NCBI RefSeq assembly: GCF_964355755.1
Contig: NC_092674.1
Location: 7,874,001-7,938,000, forward strand
DNA length: 64,000 nt
Origin: Antedon mediterranea
Taxonomy: Eukaryota; Animalia; Echinodermata
Direction of reading: 5' to 3'
This document shows, in pieces, positions 1 through 12,340 of this stretch; the first letter of the stretch is position 1, and each line of letters opens with the position of its first letter. Under the pieces are notes generated by a model. That model worked only from the letters and a program-made list of their open reading frames with translations, was not told where the DNA came from and searched no databases. A program made the translations under genes and the position numbers.

Positions 1-251
1 ATTATAAATATTATATTTGTGCAGCTGATCTAATACTGCCAAAACTTATTGGATTACACATAATTATTTATTACATTTTCTCATTTTCATTCGTCTGAAC
101 TAAATAAATATTCTAAAATTAATTATCTTTAGAAGGTTGAAGCTATGTTAATTTTTATTGATAATCACTAATTTCCTCATAATGTTTCATAATGTTTCAT
201 AATGTTTCATAGGTAATTTATATTTCATTATACAGACTTATTCGTTGTTAA

Positions 252-345
252 AACAAGGCCACATAGGTGGCTGCAGTCGCGTGCATAAGTTAGTGTTTAC
301 CGACCGACAAACCGACCGGCATAGTGAGCTGTAGAGTCGCGTTGC
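252..345 (-). mobile_element. Short Helentron-associated (HINE/DINE-like) element
   Basis: AACAAGGCC..GGCTGCAGTCGCGTG end hairpin, CCGA microsatellite and TAGAGTCGCG subTIR. Same family as 12754-13508; homologue at 55660-56565. Confidence 0.5.
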
Positions 346-1149
346 GTTTATCATACAAAACATACACAAATGCCGATTTACATATTTTAGTCAAAAAGCG
401 CTAACGATCGTTTACGAGAAATGTCCGAAATAAAGGTAGATTCCATTTGTATAAAAATAAAAAATGATATATGATAGAGGGCTCTCGCATCCGGACGGTA
501 AATGAAGCGAGCGTGACGGTTATTTGGAGACAAACACGACGGCGGTCAATATATCCCTCCCCTTCCTTCCTCTCCTAGACATAGTCCGCAGAGCCTGTAC
601 ACGTTGGTTTATGGGCGTGGTTGACAAGTTTTTTAGTTAGCAAAGTTCAAATGGATGGACTTTAAAACCTCAAAAGAGGCGTACAAGGGATGCTTATTTT
701 GTTTAATGAATCTATAGGATCAAAGTGAAGTTACAATCTACAGATAAATTAAATATATAAACAAAATGCTGTAGTGGGTATTATAGGTTGGCACTCCTGT
801 ATTAATTACTACAACTAAATTGAAAAACCTGCCACGTGCATTCGCTTCGACCATTTACTGTTCCGATGAGAACTGAACGGAGTATACTGTCTACAAATGC
901 GCAGATTAATATTTTGTATACATCATCGAATCCATTCATATCTATACCGCCCCCTTTCGCTTACCGTCCTGAAGTGAAAGCTCACTAGTGTTGTTGTTGC
1001 TGCTTGCACTGTATAAAACATTGATTTTACCTGTCAACTTCTCATGTTGTTGTACTGTATACAACTTTTCTTCTACTTGTCAGCCTCATAACTTTTCATG
1101 TTATTGACTGTTACTTGAGCTGTTCGTCCCTTGATTTGCATAGTATGTG

Positions 1150-1590
1150 GACAAACCAGGTTGGGACGGTTCTTGAACTGATGATGAAATTGTATTTCTG
1201 AAATACTAACTGTATTTCATTTTTTTTTTTTTGCAGAAGAGTTTTTATTTGAAGAATTCATTCTATTTTTGACTGCAACTTTATTTCCAATTTCGGTATT
1301 CGTGTTCCCGCCCGTAATTTAAAAAACAACAATATCCTTTGTGTTCCCTTTTGCAGAGTCAATGTTCTTAAAAATGGTTACATCAGTAGATTAAGTTTAT
1401 CTTATAATAGTTTAGTCCAGGCCCATCCCCATATCGACATTTTTAATTCCAATCTTTATCTGTTACGTCGTAATTTAAGTGTTTCTGAGTTGTTGTAATT
1501 GTCTTTGTATCTGTTAAACCAAGCTGTAAGTGGTGGATTTGTTTCTGCTGTTGTTTCTGGTTTTAAAAATAAAATAAAATAAAAATAAAA
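1150..1590 (+). mobile_element. CR1-group LINE 3' remnant (duplicated at about 57370-57770)
   Basis: Translates IHSIFDCNFISNFGIRVPARNLKNNNILCVPFCRVNVLKNGYISRLSLSYN, typical of a CR1 ORF2 C-terminus, followed by a (TAAAA)n tail. Confidence 0.5.
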
Positions 1591-2527
1591 GGAATACAAA
1601 ATTAAAATTGTTTTAGATAGGCATAGACCTCAATTTAAATTATATTAAAAGAGGAGTCAACCAGCGTATTGAAAAGCAACATTCTTTATCATTCCCGACA
1701 ACTAAAAGTTTATTATATACTGCACCCCCTTTCCTTCACTCCTGAACAAATAATTTTTCAAAAGTTATTTGAGCCATTTTATTACTGTATAATATAGGTA
1801 TTTACTTGGACCGAAAATTGGAAAAAAATTATTTGCTGATTTGAAGATCTGATGAAGAAAAAAACTAGTCAATGGTCTGAAAGTCAATGGGTTTTGGTTC
1901 ATTTAATTGTTTATTTAATTTTTTCATAAGCGAAATCATTATTATCATTTTTTTTAGCAAAAGTGAAAAAATATTAAATTAAAAATGGCCTATTAAAAGA
2001 TTTAGTCATCTCACAATGTACTTTTAATCAGTGAAATGTTATTAAATTATAGTCGCGGAATAGTCGGGAATGCCTGGGATATATTTTTCCTATTGTTAAA
2101 CCTTGTGGAATCTATATTTTGAGTTTTCTTCTATATTTCGAATTTTAAAAATGTTTTTCTTTAGGCTAGCCTATTACTTGTTTCAGTTCCAGCAAAGTCT
2201 TAATTGTTGTATCTAGATCATCCTATCAAATTATTTATTTATTTTGATTCCAATTAAATCTTACTGTAAGCTATTTTACACGTGTCTGCTCTAATGATTA
2301 ATATTCATATATGTTAACACTAAAAATTGCAATTCTCTAATATACCAACGAGAACGTGAGAATTAGCGGGGTTGCTTTTCAAACTACCACATCTAAAAAA
2401 AAAAAAATTGTATTTACATTATTTACATCAGTTGATTTTGATGTAGTATGACAGCATCGATTTGATTGTTTTCCCTTCAGTATTTCTTCTCTAATAAGGG
2501 GAACTCAGTAGTAGTATTTTTCATTTT

Positions 2528-5500
2528 TCAATGATTACTATAAACATGATCCTGTACAGAATCAGACTCGGAGTTTGCATAAATGAATTCAGGCGGACAC
2601 GTAGTAACAGTAAGCTCAATATCTTCATATACACTTTGTTCATATTTTTCCGACAAACTGTGATAATCAGTATCTATTGTGCATACATTTTTTTGAACAG
2701 TAGAGGATTCACCAGCGTCTTTTTCTGAATCTATACGTCTACATCTAAAATAAACAAAGTGTATGTATATTTATTTCATCAAAGGATCTCCTTTTTTCAG
2801 AATTAATTTGATCGTAACATTCATAAGTCATAGTCATTATCTAAAGTTTTTTCATTTTCAACCACAGTAACAATCTAGGAGTGATACTTTACCGTTTCGA
2901 TATCATCAAGGTGATAACAACTGTGAGAATTATCAAGAGTACTGATGATCCAATTACAACTCCTATTAGTATTACGTAATCTGAAAAACATGAAACATGT
3001 CACATTGTTATAGTTGTCATTTTTAATGTATGTAGAATTCTAGGTCTAAATCTCTTCGACTGTTTTCATTAACAATACTAACATTTTATCTCAATCAATC
3101 TCAATACACACCTAATTGCTCCTTCTGGCTTGGATCACAATTGGTTCCAAACCAAAATTTCTTTGTGTCAGATGTACTGTTATTGTTTACATATGATGCA
3201 AATACTGTGAATGTATATTCTATACTTGGCTCAATTTCTTCACCAAATAATACAAGTTCAGTTTCTGTTGTACTTCCTTGCTGAAAGATTCTACCTGACA
3301 ATTCATAATAGTAGATCAGCTGATAGTCTGTGATTCCACACGTAGGAGATTTCCACTTTATCACAAAATGTGTTCCATTTGTGAATGGCCCAATTTTAAT
3401 CGCTGGTTCTAGCATTACAAAATAGAATATAAAATAAATATTGTAAGCCTAATTTGTTTCTTACAAGGATAGACATAGACATCGCTTTATTCATCCTTAG
3501 ATTTGAATATTACAGTGTTCTTATCTTTCTCTCTTAATAATTATAAAAACAGTATTAAATAAAGACAAAAGAATATAACTAACGAACATATCTTCTATTG
3601 AAAAGGCCAAAAAGGATGGTATTATGTTTATTAGAATAGGGAAGAGTAAACATTCCACTCTTTCGGATTAGGACTGTTATTATTTTAGTTAATGGTCAAC
3701 CAACCTGACGGAGCTGTTTGTATCTTTGTATTTTGTCCCCAATTACCGGCAATATCCATATTATTAATAACTCGAGCGTTTACGACATATTCAGTACAAC
3801 TTGATAATCCTGATAGTTCAACTTCTAATTGAGAACTGTTTGTTGTGTTGACAACATCTTGTGTATTTCCATCAATGTCCGAGTATTGCACTTGATATCG
3901 AAGAATATAGTTACATTGGATGCTATCATAATTACTAGATACAGGCTGAAAATACAACAAAAAAATTCAGGTAAGGTAAAATGGGTATGACAGCTATGAC
4001 ATGGAAACCTGGGGCCGGGGAGAATTGGACGGCCCAAAACAACATGGCGGAAAACAGTGGAAAAAGTGGGAGAAACCCTTAGATGGGAGGACATGTAACG
4101 AATCAAAACTATAACCAACTAGAACATTGCCATTGCAGCCTTATGGCCCACGAGGTCTGAAGAGGTTAGGTAAGGTAAAATATAACCAAAATACAGTAAA
4201 TGACAAATACCGTTGTTTGGATATGATACAGGTAACCGTTAACAATTTTCGATTTAATATTTAAAATCTAAAAAAAAATAGAAAATACTTTGACACCTAG
4301 CTACTACTGAACTACAGGCAATGAATTATTTGCGGACCATTTTAAAAACTATTTACGTCATTAAAACCTAAAACAGCAACATAATGTATACCTTTAGGTG
4401 ACAGAACATTTGCGGAACCTTTGAGAAACCATTTACGTCATGAAAACTATGTAATACTTTCACTGAACATACATAAATACCAATAACGTAATGTATAATG
4501 TTTGAAACATTATAACAAACAAAAATAAATCTATATTAAACAATGTACCTTTACACTCACGATCATCTGATTATCTTCAACGGTTTCTAATTCTATCTCA
4601 GGTTCTTCTAAAGGTTCTATTTCATAATACAAAAAAATCAATTTCAAACAGTAGGTAAGTCGATGTTATAGATTTACGCCCTATTATAGATATAAAATAA
4701 ATGCATTTGGTTAATTTGCTGATCGCAGTAATATAACTAATATACTTTGTATTGTTTTACATGATTTTGGTGTAATAATAGAGTTTACCTAAACAGATTG
4801 TATTTGTTGTTCCAAGTGTACTTCTTGGTCCATCTATCTCAATACCACCAACCACCCTCGAAAATTGAGAGTAGAACTGAACTTGAGTATTTGGGATGAG
4901 ATTATCAATAACAATAAATACATCGTTTTCTGGTTTAACTATAGATGTAAATGAATCCATCTGCGATGATTTATATGAAAGCTTTCGTCTTGTAATTGTT
5001 CCTGTTCCATAGTCTTCACCAGGAATCCAAATGACATCAAATGCTATATTTGTTGCTGTCTGGTTTACAACACTTGGCGGTTCAGAACGATATGGCAATG
5101 CTAATTGTTATAAATACAAAATGTTTTGTAAAAACTGTAAGTTTTAACTAACTAAGTAACTCATTTGAATAGGGTATAGCAGAAAATGCTGATCATGTGT
5201 CATTATGGAGGATCTTGAATATGTCACATATTAACAGATTGTATGTTTTATAATTTAATAGAATTACCACTGGAGTCACATTTGATTACGGGAAAGCATC
5301 AAGTGCTCGACTACAATAGTTGATGCTAATGCTAGTAGTAGGCCTACCAATACCATGCTTGCATCAAGCTACTGCAGTATTATGTTGTATTATGCCTATC
5401 TATCCAAACTGAAAAATACACTTTTTATATTTGTTTATTATCGTTACCTATGCTGCATTCATCTCCCGTCCATGCCTCATGACATCCATTAGGGCAAATT

Positions 5501-8500
5501 CCATCTCGATTGCAATTTACAGAATGTTTGCAGTGACATGGATAGTTACACAAAACACCAAAGAATCCGGATGGACAGAACGGCGGTACTATTATAAACA
5601 AAACAGGTACATATAATTTTAAAAACAAAACAGTTTTTTAAATCTTTGGTCCGTAAATACATTTTTTAAATAGATTTTCTTTTAAAAATATGACTATAAA
5701 ACGTTATTTTTGGGATTTAAAGTAAAAAAAAAAACTATTATGGAGCCATGGTTTTGAATATTGAATAATATTTATATAGTAAGTTAACTTTAGTTTGCAA
5801 AGTGAAGATAAACCAAACAACCTAAATAAATCAGAAATTAAGCGAAATACTTGGCAATATAGAGATAGCAACAGAGGGCGTGCTGTTTATTATTTTGGCC
5901 CATATATTGAATATATATATACAAATAACTCCAGATTTTAATCAGAATTTGTCACCAATACATCAATTGTTCTGACAATCAACAGACATGTCTGGAAGTA
6001 TATACCCATTAACGCCTAACAATTCAGGAAGAAGATTTTGGGCGCAACCGTGCAAACAAACAAACAAAAACAAACAAACAAAAGACACAAAGCAAGTACT
6101 ATAAATTTATACTTTGCTAAGTAACAATTGTGGTTAATTGTGGTACAGTAGTATCATAAAGTGTATACTTTTAGAGTATACAGTACCTTGACAAGTATCA
6201 CCAGTGTATCCATCCAAACGGTTTGACCCGGATGAACATCCTGTGTGTTTATCACAAACACTATCATCACAGTGACATTCTTGGCGACAATCTGCTCCAT
6301 AGTATCCAGCCCCACACACTATAAAACGTAGTTCAATATTATTCCATCACAGATAATATTATGTTTACAGTTTTCACATCTTATTCTATCATTATTTCTT
6401 ATCTTACTTGAGTGAACATGTAATAATCATTACAATAATATTATATTATAATCATATTATAGCAATAATTCTAATACAGTATTAATTATAAACTTTTTAA
6501 ATCTATATATAAATTTACATAGGGGAACATTTTTGTAACAATAACCTGTACTACAATCGTTTCCTCCAAAACCATTGATGCATGTACAACCAACTGGATC
6601 AGGTGGACAAAAAAGTATTCCAGTACAATTCGCACCCTCGCTGCTACACACAGAGTCACATTTACGACCCCAGTTGTTATTTCCACAACCTATCGAAAAT
6701 AAAATACATAAAATAACGTTCAATGTATGTTTATTTGTTAATTACACGTCCACGTATTTTAGCAGTTTATATTTAGGCCTACCGTTTTCACAAGAATCGC
6801 CGTTGAATCCTGCTTGGCAAATACAAACACCCGTTTTATCGTCACACACTCCACCATTATAACATACGGGACAGTCCATTTCACAGTCTGGAGGGTTCCA
6901 CTTTGGCGAGGGACAAGCTAATAAAGACAACATTTAAAATGAATACACTACTGTATACGATTATATTGGTCGGTATATTTTTGCTTAGTACAAACAGAAT
7001 ACTGTGACTAATGTATGGCTCAAGGCAGTTTATACTTCATGTTTTTCAAACTAGCATTTCGAATCTCAAAAACCACATATAAAAAAAAAATAGTTTAACA
7101 ATAAAGTATTTTTTAAATGATTTTATGTATTGTCCCTTGAAACACAAAATAATGAAGGTCAAAATATTCTAAATTTAAAGTGGCCATATCAAAGTAATAT
7201 TAAAGTTATTCACTTTAAGTCGAAAATTCGAGCAAAAAACAACAAGTTTACGTAATTAACAGGTAAATTAGTTTGATTACATTTCATCTGGAAAATCGTC
7301 ACGAGCGAAAGTAAACAAAGATTTCAAACCATGAGTACTCATTATGCATGTGCTAAATTAGGGTTGTTTACAACTCGTCACGGTTAAGAAGGTATTTTCA
7401 CACAGATCATGAGGAAGTTTTATGATTATGCATACAGAGTAGCCAAACAAGCGCGTTTCATTATGGGATATGTTTTTATTGAAAAGTTTGACTGGAAGTC
7501 AAAGTAATTTTTTTAACAAAAAAACGTTTGTATTTCAGTTAAATTATTTTTTTTTCTAACAATTTTTGGTGATAGTTAATAAGTATTATGATACTTCAAA
7601 ATGACCCACCTTTTTTCGAAATCTTTTATTTTTTATTTTTTGGGAATTAGTCAAAGGGACAATACATATTTAACGATACAATTTAATTAATGTAATTAAT
7701 TTTAAAATGTCCTTTTCCTTTGTGTCATGTTTTAATAATATCCCTATAAATCTGTATCAATACGGTTTATTTAAAAAAAATAGAATTATTATTATATCAA
7801 CCAGCCACATTAAATAGTTCCCATGTATATACAAGAAACTATTTTATCGGACGTGTTTCCATTTCATTAGAATTTGCATCTGTATAATTGATTTGTAATA
7901 AATGTTATAACTTACTTCTAACAATAAGTCTCATGATACCATCGGTACCATCAGGGCTATCACCTGTATAACATTCATATACGCCATCATCTTTCCCTCG
8001 TATTTTTTCTATCACAGCAGACATATTACCCCTCAGATTGTGTATTTCCTTTCCATAATTATGTCTCCAGCGTAAATCGTCAAGATCACCACCTTTACTG
8101 AGATTGATAGTGACAGACTCCCCTATACCGACCGTAATCGTTCTGTGCTCCATTTCAATATTGGCTGTAAAAATTGAATCAATAGGTCATACAAACTAAA
8201 CGTAATCATGTAATGGGCTGATGTGTTTTTCTAGTTAACAATCACCTCTATAAAAAAAATTAATTGATAATTTAAGGACGGGATTGCATGGCATTACTCA
8301 CCAGAAGCAGATTTCAATATTATTGCTGTATGTGTGACTACTCCATTTTTCTTTGCTTCAAATGAAAAGACACCAGTCTGAGTTTGTAAGTTATTAACAC
8401 CTAGAAAAGTGAAATATTGGTGTGTTCGGAATCTAATTATGCTGTCGGTAGAAAATATTTTACCGTCTGGCATATCTTTTGTTTGCTGCCTAGAGCTTGG

Positions 8501-9079
8501 GCCTTTAAAATTATCAGTATCAGCCCAAGTCACGTTATCGTTTCCATTAATATTCTTGTACAATATTCCAACAGATAAATCTCTGATGTCTTTGTCTTTT
8601 TGAAGTGCGAATCCTTGAAACCAACCATTACTATTCGCGTCAACTAGAGGTGTTCCAGAAAGTGCTGTTATATCTAATGGCTCTTAAAGAATAAAAAAAA
8701 AGTAATTCTTAATGAAGTTCAATCTGGTGAATAATGGCTAGTACTGTAGACCATTTTCGGGAATACGGTATACATGTAGAATAAATAGATTATAGTAATA
8801 TAACAATGTGACAAAATTAGCAGTGGCTGTTTGCAGATTAGAGGTAACCTTATGATTTGTTATTTCTATTGTTACAGCAATTTGCAGATAGTTTTTGCTT
8901 CCACACACAAAAAATAGCCATGTATATTTCAATACAAACTAATGAATAAAAATAGAAGCCCCCGATTTTAAAAAAAATGTAAGCAAGTCAGTATAAAACA
9001 TACCTGATAATCCTGAATTAAACGTAAAATATAGAGTCACAAGCAGGTGGAACAAGTGTGAAAAACGTATAGCTAACAT
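2528..9079 (-). CDS. Tie/angiopoietin-receptor-like type I membrane protein, kinase-less, ITAM tail (copy A), 13 exons, 826 aa
   Basis: Exons assembled by hand with GT-AG sites and consistent phases: 9079-9004 (signal MLAIRFSHLFHLLVTLYFTFNSGLS), 8682-8302 (Ig1, EPLDITALSGTPLVD...GVFSFEAKKNG), 8164-7916 (Ig2, ...MRLIVR), 6917-6783, 6689-6546 (FCPPDPVGC), 6318-6187, 5588-5448 (4 EGF), 5100-4789, 4616-4549, 3945-3705, 3408-3112 (3 FN3), 2980-2893 (TM YVILIGVVIGSSVLLIILTVVITLMISKR), 2744-2528 (tail, TGA). Total 2481 nt, open frame. EGF and Ig motifs resemble vertebrate Tie1/Tie2. Confidence 0.9.
3970..4180 (+). mobile_element. RTE-clade LINE 3' fragment in an intron (also at about 60300-60500)
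   Basis: Encodes AMTWKPG..GRPKTTWRKTVEK...AALWPTRSEE, an RTE C-terminal motif, with a GGTAA tail. Absent from copy B's homologous intron. Confidence 0.65.
7124..7673. mobile_element. MITE (Kolobok-like) specific to copy A
   Basis: TIR TATGTATTGTCCCTTGA (7124-7140) pairs with TCAAAGGGACAATACATA (7651-7668), with TTAA at the right end. The homologous intron of copy C is about 600 bp shorter. Confidence 0.6.
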
Positions 9080-9225
9080 CTTCACTAAGCTCACAGGTAC
9101 CAGAATTAGTAGCTGACTAGTCCTAGTAGTACGCTCATTTAAAACTCAATATTCGATTAGCAAATGTGCCATAGGCCTAATATTCAAAAATGTGTAATAA
9201 TGACATTAGCAGTTGAATTAGTGAA

Positions 9226-10700
9226 TGTTCGGATTTCCGAAATTGACGTTTGGGGAGGTAGATATTGGTGTTGGGTTGTTGAAGAATTATAGTAGTGGAA
9301 GTTATTATAGTAGATAATAATTATATTCTTATTCCTGAAGGCCGATGCCGAATTATGATTTGAATACATGCGGCAAATAAAGCCAGAATCAATAGTTCAG
9401 TAGGCATGTTTGTATCATATTAATATATAAAAGTATTAATGTCATACCGTATTTTATTTCTCAAATTGTATTCAGTATAGTAATTAAAAGTAATTTACTT
9501 TAGCTATTTTCATATTTATCTTGTGCATTTATATATTCTATTTGTTAATGGTATGTGTCTTTTAGGGGGATGTGGATAGAGAAGCTTGTCACATGTTCAT
9601 CCATTTCTTTTTGCTGCCTATATGTTATATTATGTGCAGTGATAAAGCTTAATAAATTTTAAAAAAATAAACGATACAAAGTTCGATCTTATTTTTACGA
9701 AATAAAACTGAAACAAGGGAACACCGAGTATGTCATATTACTGGACCAATTATTGGATTTTCTATCATTAGAATCATTAATTAATTGTGTGGAGACGATT
9801 TTTCTGCTCTCGAGGGATCCACCCTGTAACCGTTTTAGTGATCGTGGCCGTAAAACCTGTATGCGCACAGCAGTAGCTGAGAGATTGGATCAAATAGTGG
9901 ACGTCGTATAGCCGATTACCATCATTTTAGTGCCCTTGAATTGCAGACTATTTTTGGTGAAGTGACATATAGAGTCAACTCACAACCATTGTTTGCGGAT
10001 GGAACTGATCCCTGAATCATCACCAATTACTTTCTTTTACCACACGAACAACCTGTAATTGTGCAACCCAACTCGGACGTGCTAACGAATCAGAAAGGTA
10101 TTTTCGACATGGCACAACGACCTATCCTTGCATTCTGGAATTGCTCAAATAGTATACAACGTTCAAAGATTGGATATTTGGTGCTAGTACTTGAACCTGG
10201 GTTAACGGGGGCACAGTACCTTGATTAACGGTGTATAATTGTTGTGGATGTGAAGCCTGGGAAGGACAATCTTATTCTTAGGGCCATGTAATGGTAATGG
10301 TAATGTAGAAAGATCAAATAAGTACACTGGGACGGCCTGTACATAAACTGTGTTTGATTGCAACTGTGAAAGAACACAATTTTTCTTCGAAATAAGATAA
10401 TATATTACGTAAAAGTCCTTCAGACGTCTGAACATTGAATTACTGTAATATTATTAAATATAGATTTGTTTTGTAGTGGTTATTCGAAATCATTGTACGT
10501 ACTGTGACTCATTTTAATTCGTCACAAAGCGGGAGCGTTTCGGATTTCCGAACATTGGCGTTTGGGGTGTGAATATTTTGGTTGTAGACGAATTGACAGC
10601 AAGAAAGTCAGGGTTATCTAATAATATATAGGTGGACGTAAGTTATTATATTATAGTTTGTGTATTCAGACTTTTCCTAAGGATAAAGTACGGCTAAAGT
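9226..10700 (+). mobile_element. Degenerate BEL/Pao LTR retrotransposon remnant
   Basis: Broken frames give ELQTIFGEVTYRVNSQPL, VKPGKDNLI and RPVHKLCLI (BEL integrase C-terminus). Diverged direct repeats GTT(T)CGGATTTCCGAA..TTG.CGTTTGGGG occur near 9227 and 10537, the second preceded by purine-rich AAAGCGGGAG. Confidence 0.65.
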
Positions 10701-11889
10701 AACTATAACGAATTCGTTGTATCATCATCCGGATGGATGATACGTAGGTCTACGGATTATAATACAAAGTTTTTCCTTGTGTGGTTTTATCAACTCGTGA
10801 CTATATCTTTTACAAATAATTGTCTTATATTTAACACTTAAATGGAACAGTTATGGTTTTGACATTCATTCGCAAAAATAATCTACTATCATTTAAACGT
10901 AAACTTAAATTAAATGGTTTCCTTTTTTGACAGTTTATACTGTACCATAATAATAATTATAATTATTTAAAATGTGTTGTGCATGTGCGCGGACGCAGAC
11001 GAGAAGTAAGACAGTGAGTTGATCTGGGTCTCCGTATTAAAGTTAATTTATTTAATTAATTAGTTAAATTAAACTTAATGCCGTTAATTGTAGATCTTAA
11101 TTTAGTTGGTTGACTATCGTAACTAATTTGCCTTTCAAATTTGTTTGTTTTGGTATTGACAGATAAATAAATGTATTTTTTTTTTAAATAACAATTTTAT
11201 ATAAATAATTTCATGTGATTTCAGTCTGTTAATTAAGATTGGATTGATTTAAATTAAAAAATAAAAACACGCAAGCATAAGATAAACGTATACAGTATAT
11301 ACCAGGTAAATACAACAAAATACATTAAAGCCATCTTTTTTTTAATGCATTCTAACTTCATTGTTTGTAAAATGCTACCGATTAATATTTGAGGTTATTT
11401 TTTATTATTTATTATTTAGTGACATTTCATTAATTCAATCATTAAAGAGTCGTGAAGAAATGCTTGCTAAACAGTTATTAATATAGTAGAAAAGCTGACT
11501 AATTTTAACTAGTGATTTGATTATTTAATTAGTACTGACAATGCTATACTGTTGTAAAACAGTTTAATAGGACTAGGACGACATCATATTTCTGTTATAT
11601 ATGAAGATTATAAGAGATAGCCTACAGTGAAATAAGCATTTTTTTTATCCTTTTGTTTATACTAATTTAATTTTGTATTTAAGCCTATTCTGCATTCATA
11701 GAAATGTTCGTAAACAGTTATTAAATTACGCTGTATATAATACTTCTAGTTAAAGTCATATACAGCTTTCAAAAGAAATGGTTGCTATATCTATATAATA
11801 ATTGTATTTTCGTTTAAATCTTACTGTAGAAAGACTACTTCAAAGTGTCTGTTCTATAAATGATTAATATGGATCTTTCGATTTGCCAT

Positions 11890-12019
11890 GACCAAACTAG
11901 GTCATGTCAGTTCATTGTACGGACAAGTTAGGACGCCCTTCTTCGCTCTCCATCTCGACGCTTGGTGGCTTGTAAGTTCAGATGATAATCGACCGTCGAT
12001 TGACATGACCTAGCTTGGT
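11890..12019. repeat. Small inverted-repeat element (MITE-like)
   Basis: ACCAAACTAGGTCATGTCA pairs with TGACATGACCTAGCTTGGT. Confidence 0.5.
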
Positions 12020-12264
12020 TCAGATCGTCATCGCAAATCTGCAGCTCCTCTTATTTTCTATTTTACATATTTTATTTAATGCAGTTTATTGGTTAATCGT
12101 TTTGGATAGGAGCACTTAAGAATGGTCGTTTATTTTGCAAACTACCAGTTTTGTTGATAAAATTGTATTATATTTACATTTTGTTGATTGTTTTTAGACT
12201 ATGCTTAATTATAGCTATAGATTTACTTCTGTACTGTAACTACATTTTTTATTTCTTCAGTACT

Positions 12265-12315
12265 TAGGCTAGGCTAGGCTAGGCTAGGCTAGGCTAGGTA
12301 CTACTACTACTACTA
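12265..12315. repeat. (TAGGC)n plus (TAC)n microsatellite in the 3' UTR of copy B
   Basis: Seen directly in the sequence. Confidence 0.85.
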
Positions 12316-12340
12316 ACTCAATAGGTTTATTTTTGATTTC

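Noticed and set aside
476-885. Imperfect inverted repeat CATCCGGACGGTAAATG / CATTTACTGTTCCGATG
   Set aside because: Probably an old MITE, but ends and TSD could not be defined.
1-2527. Possible tyrosine kinase exons downstream of the TM exon
   Set aside because: No GxGxxG, HRDL or DFG coding segments were found here, at 9100-12340 or at 54200-58700; in-frame stops follow the ITAM exon.
2531-2728. Plus-strand ORFs overlapping receptor exons (also 5431, 6575, 8409, 17783, 18954, 58717, 62836)
   Set aside because: Antisense shadows of real minus-strand exons.
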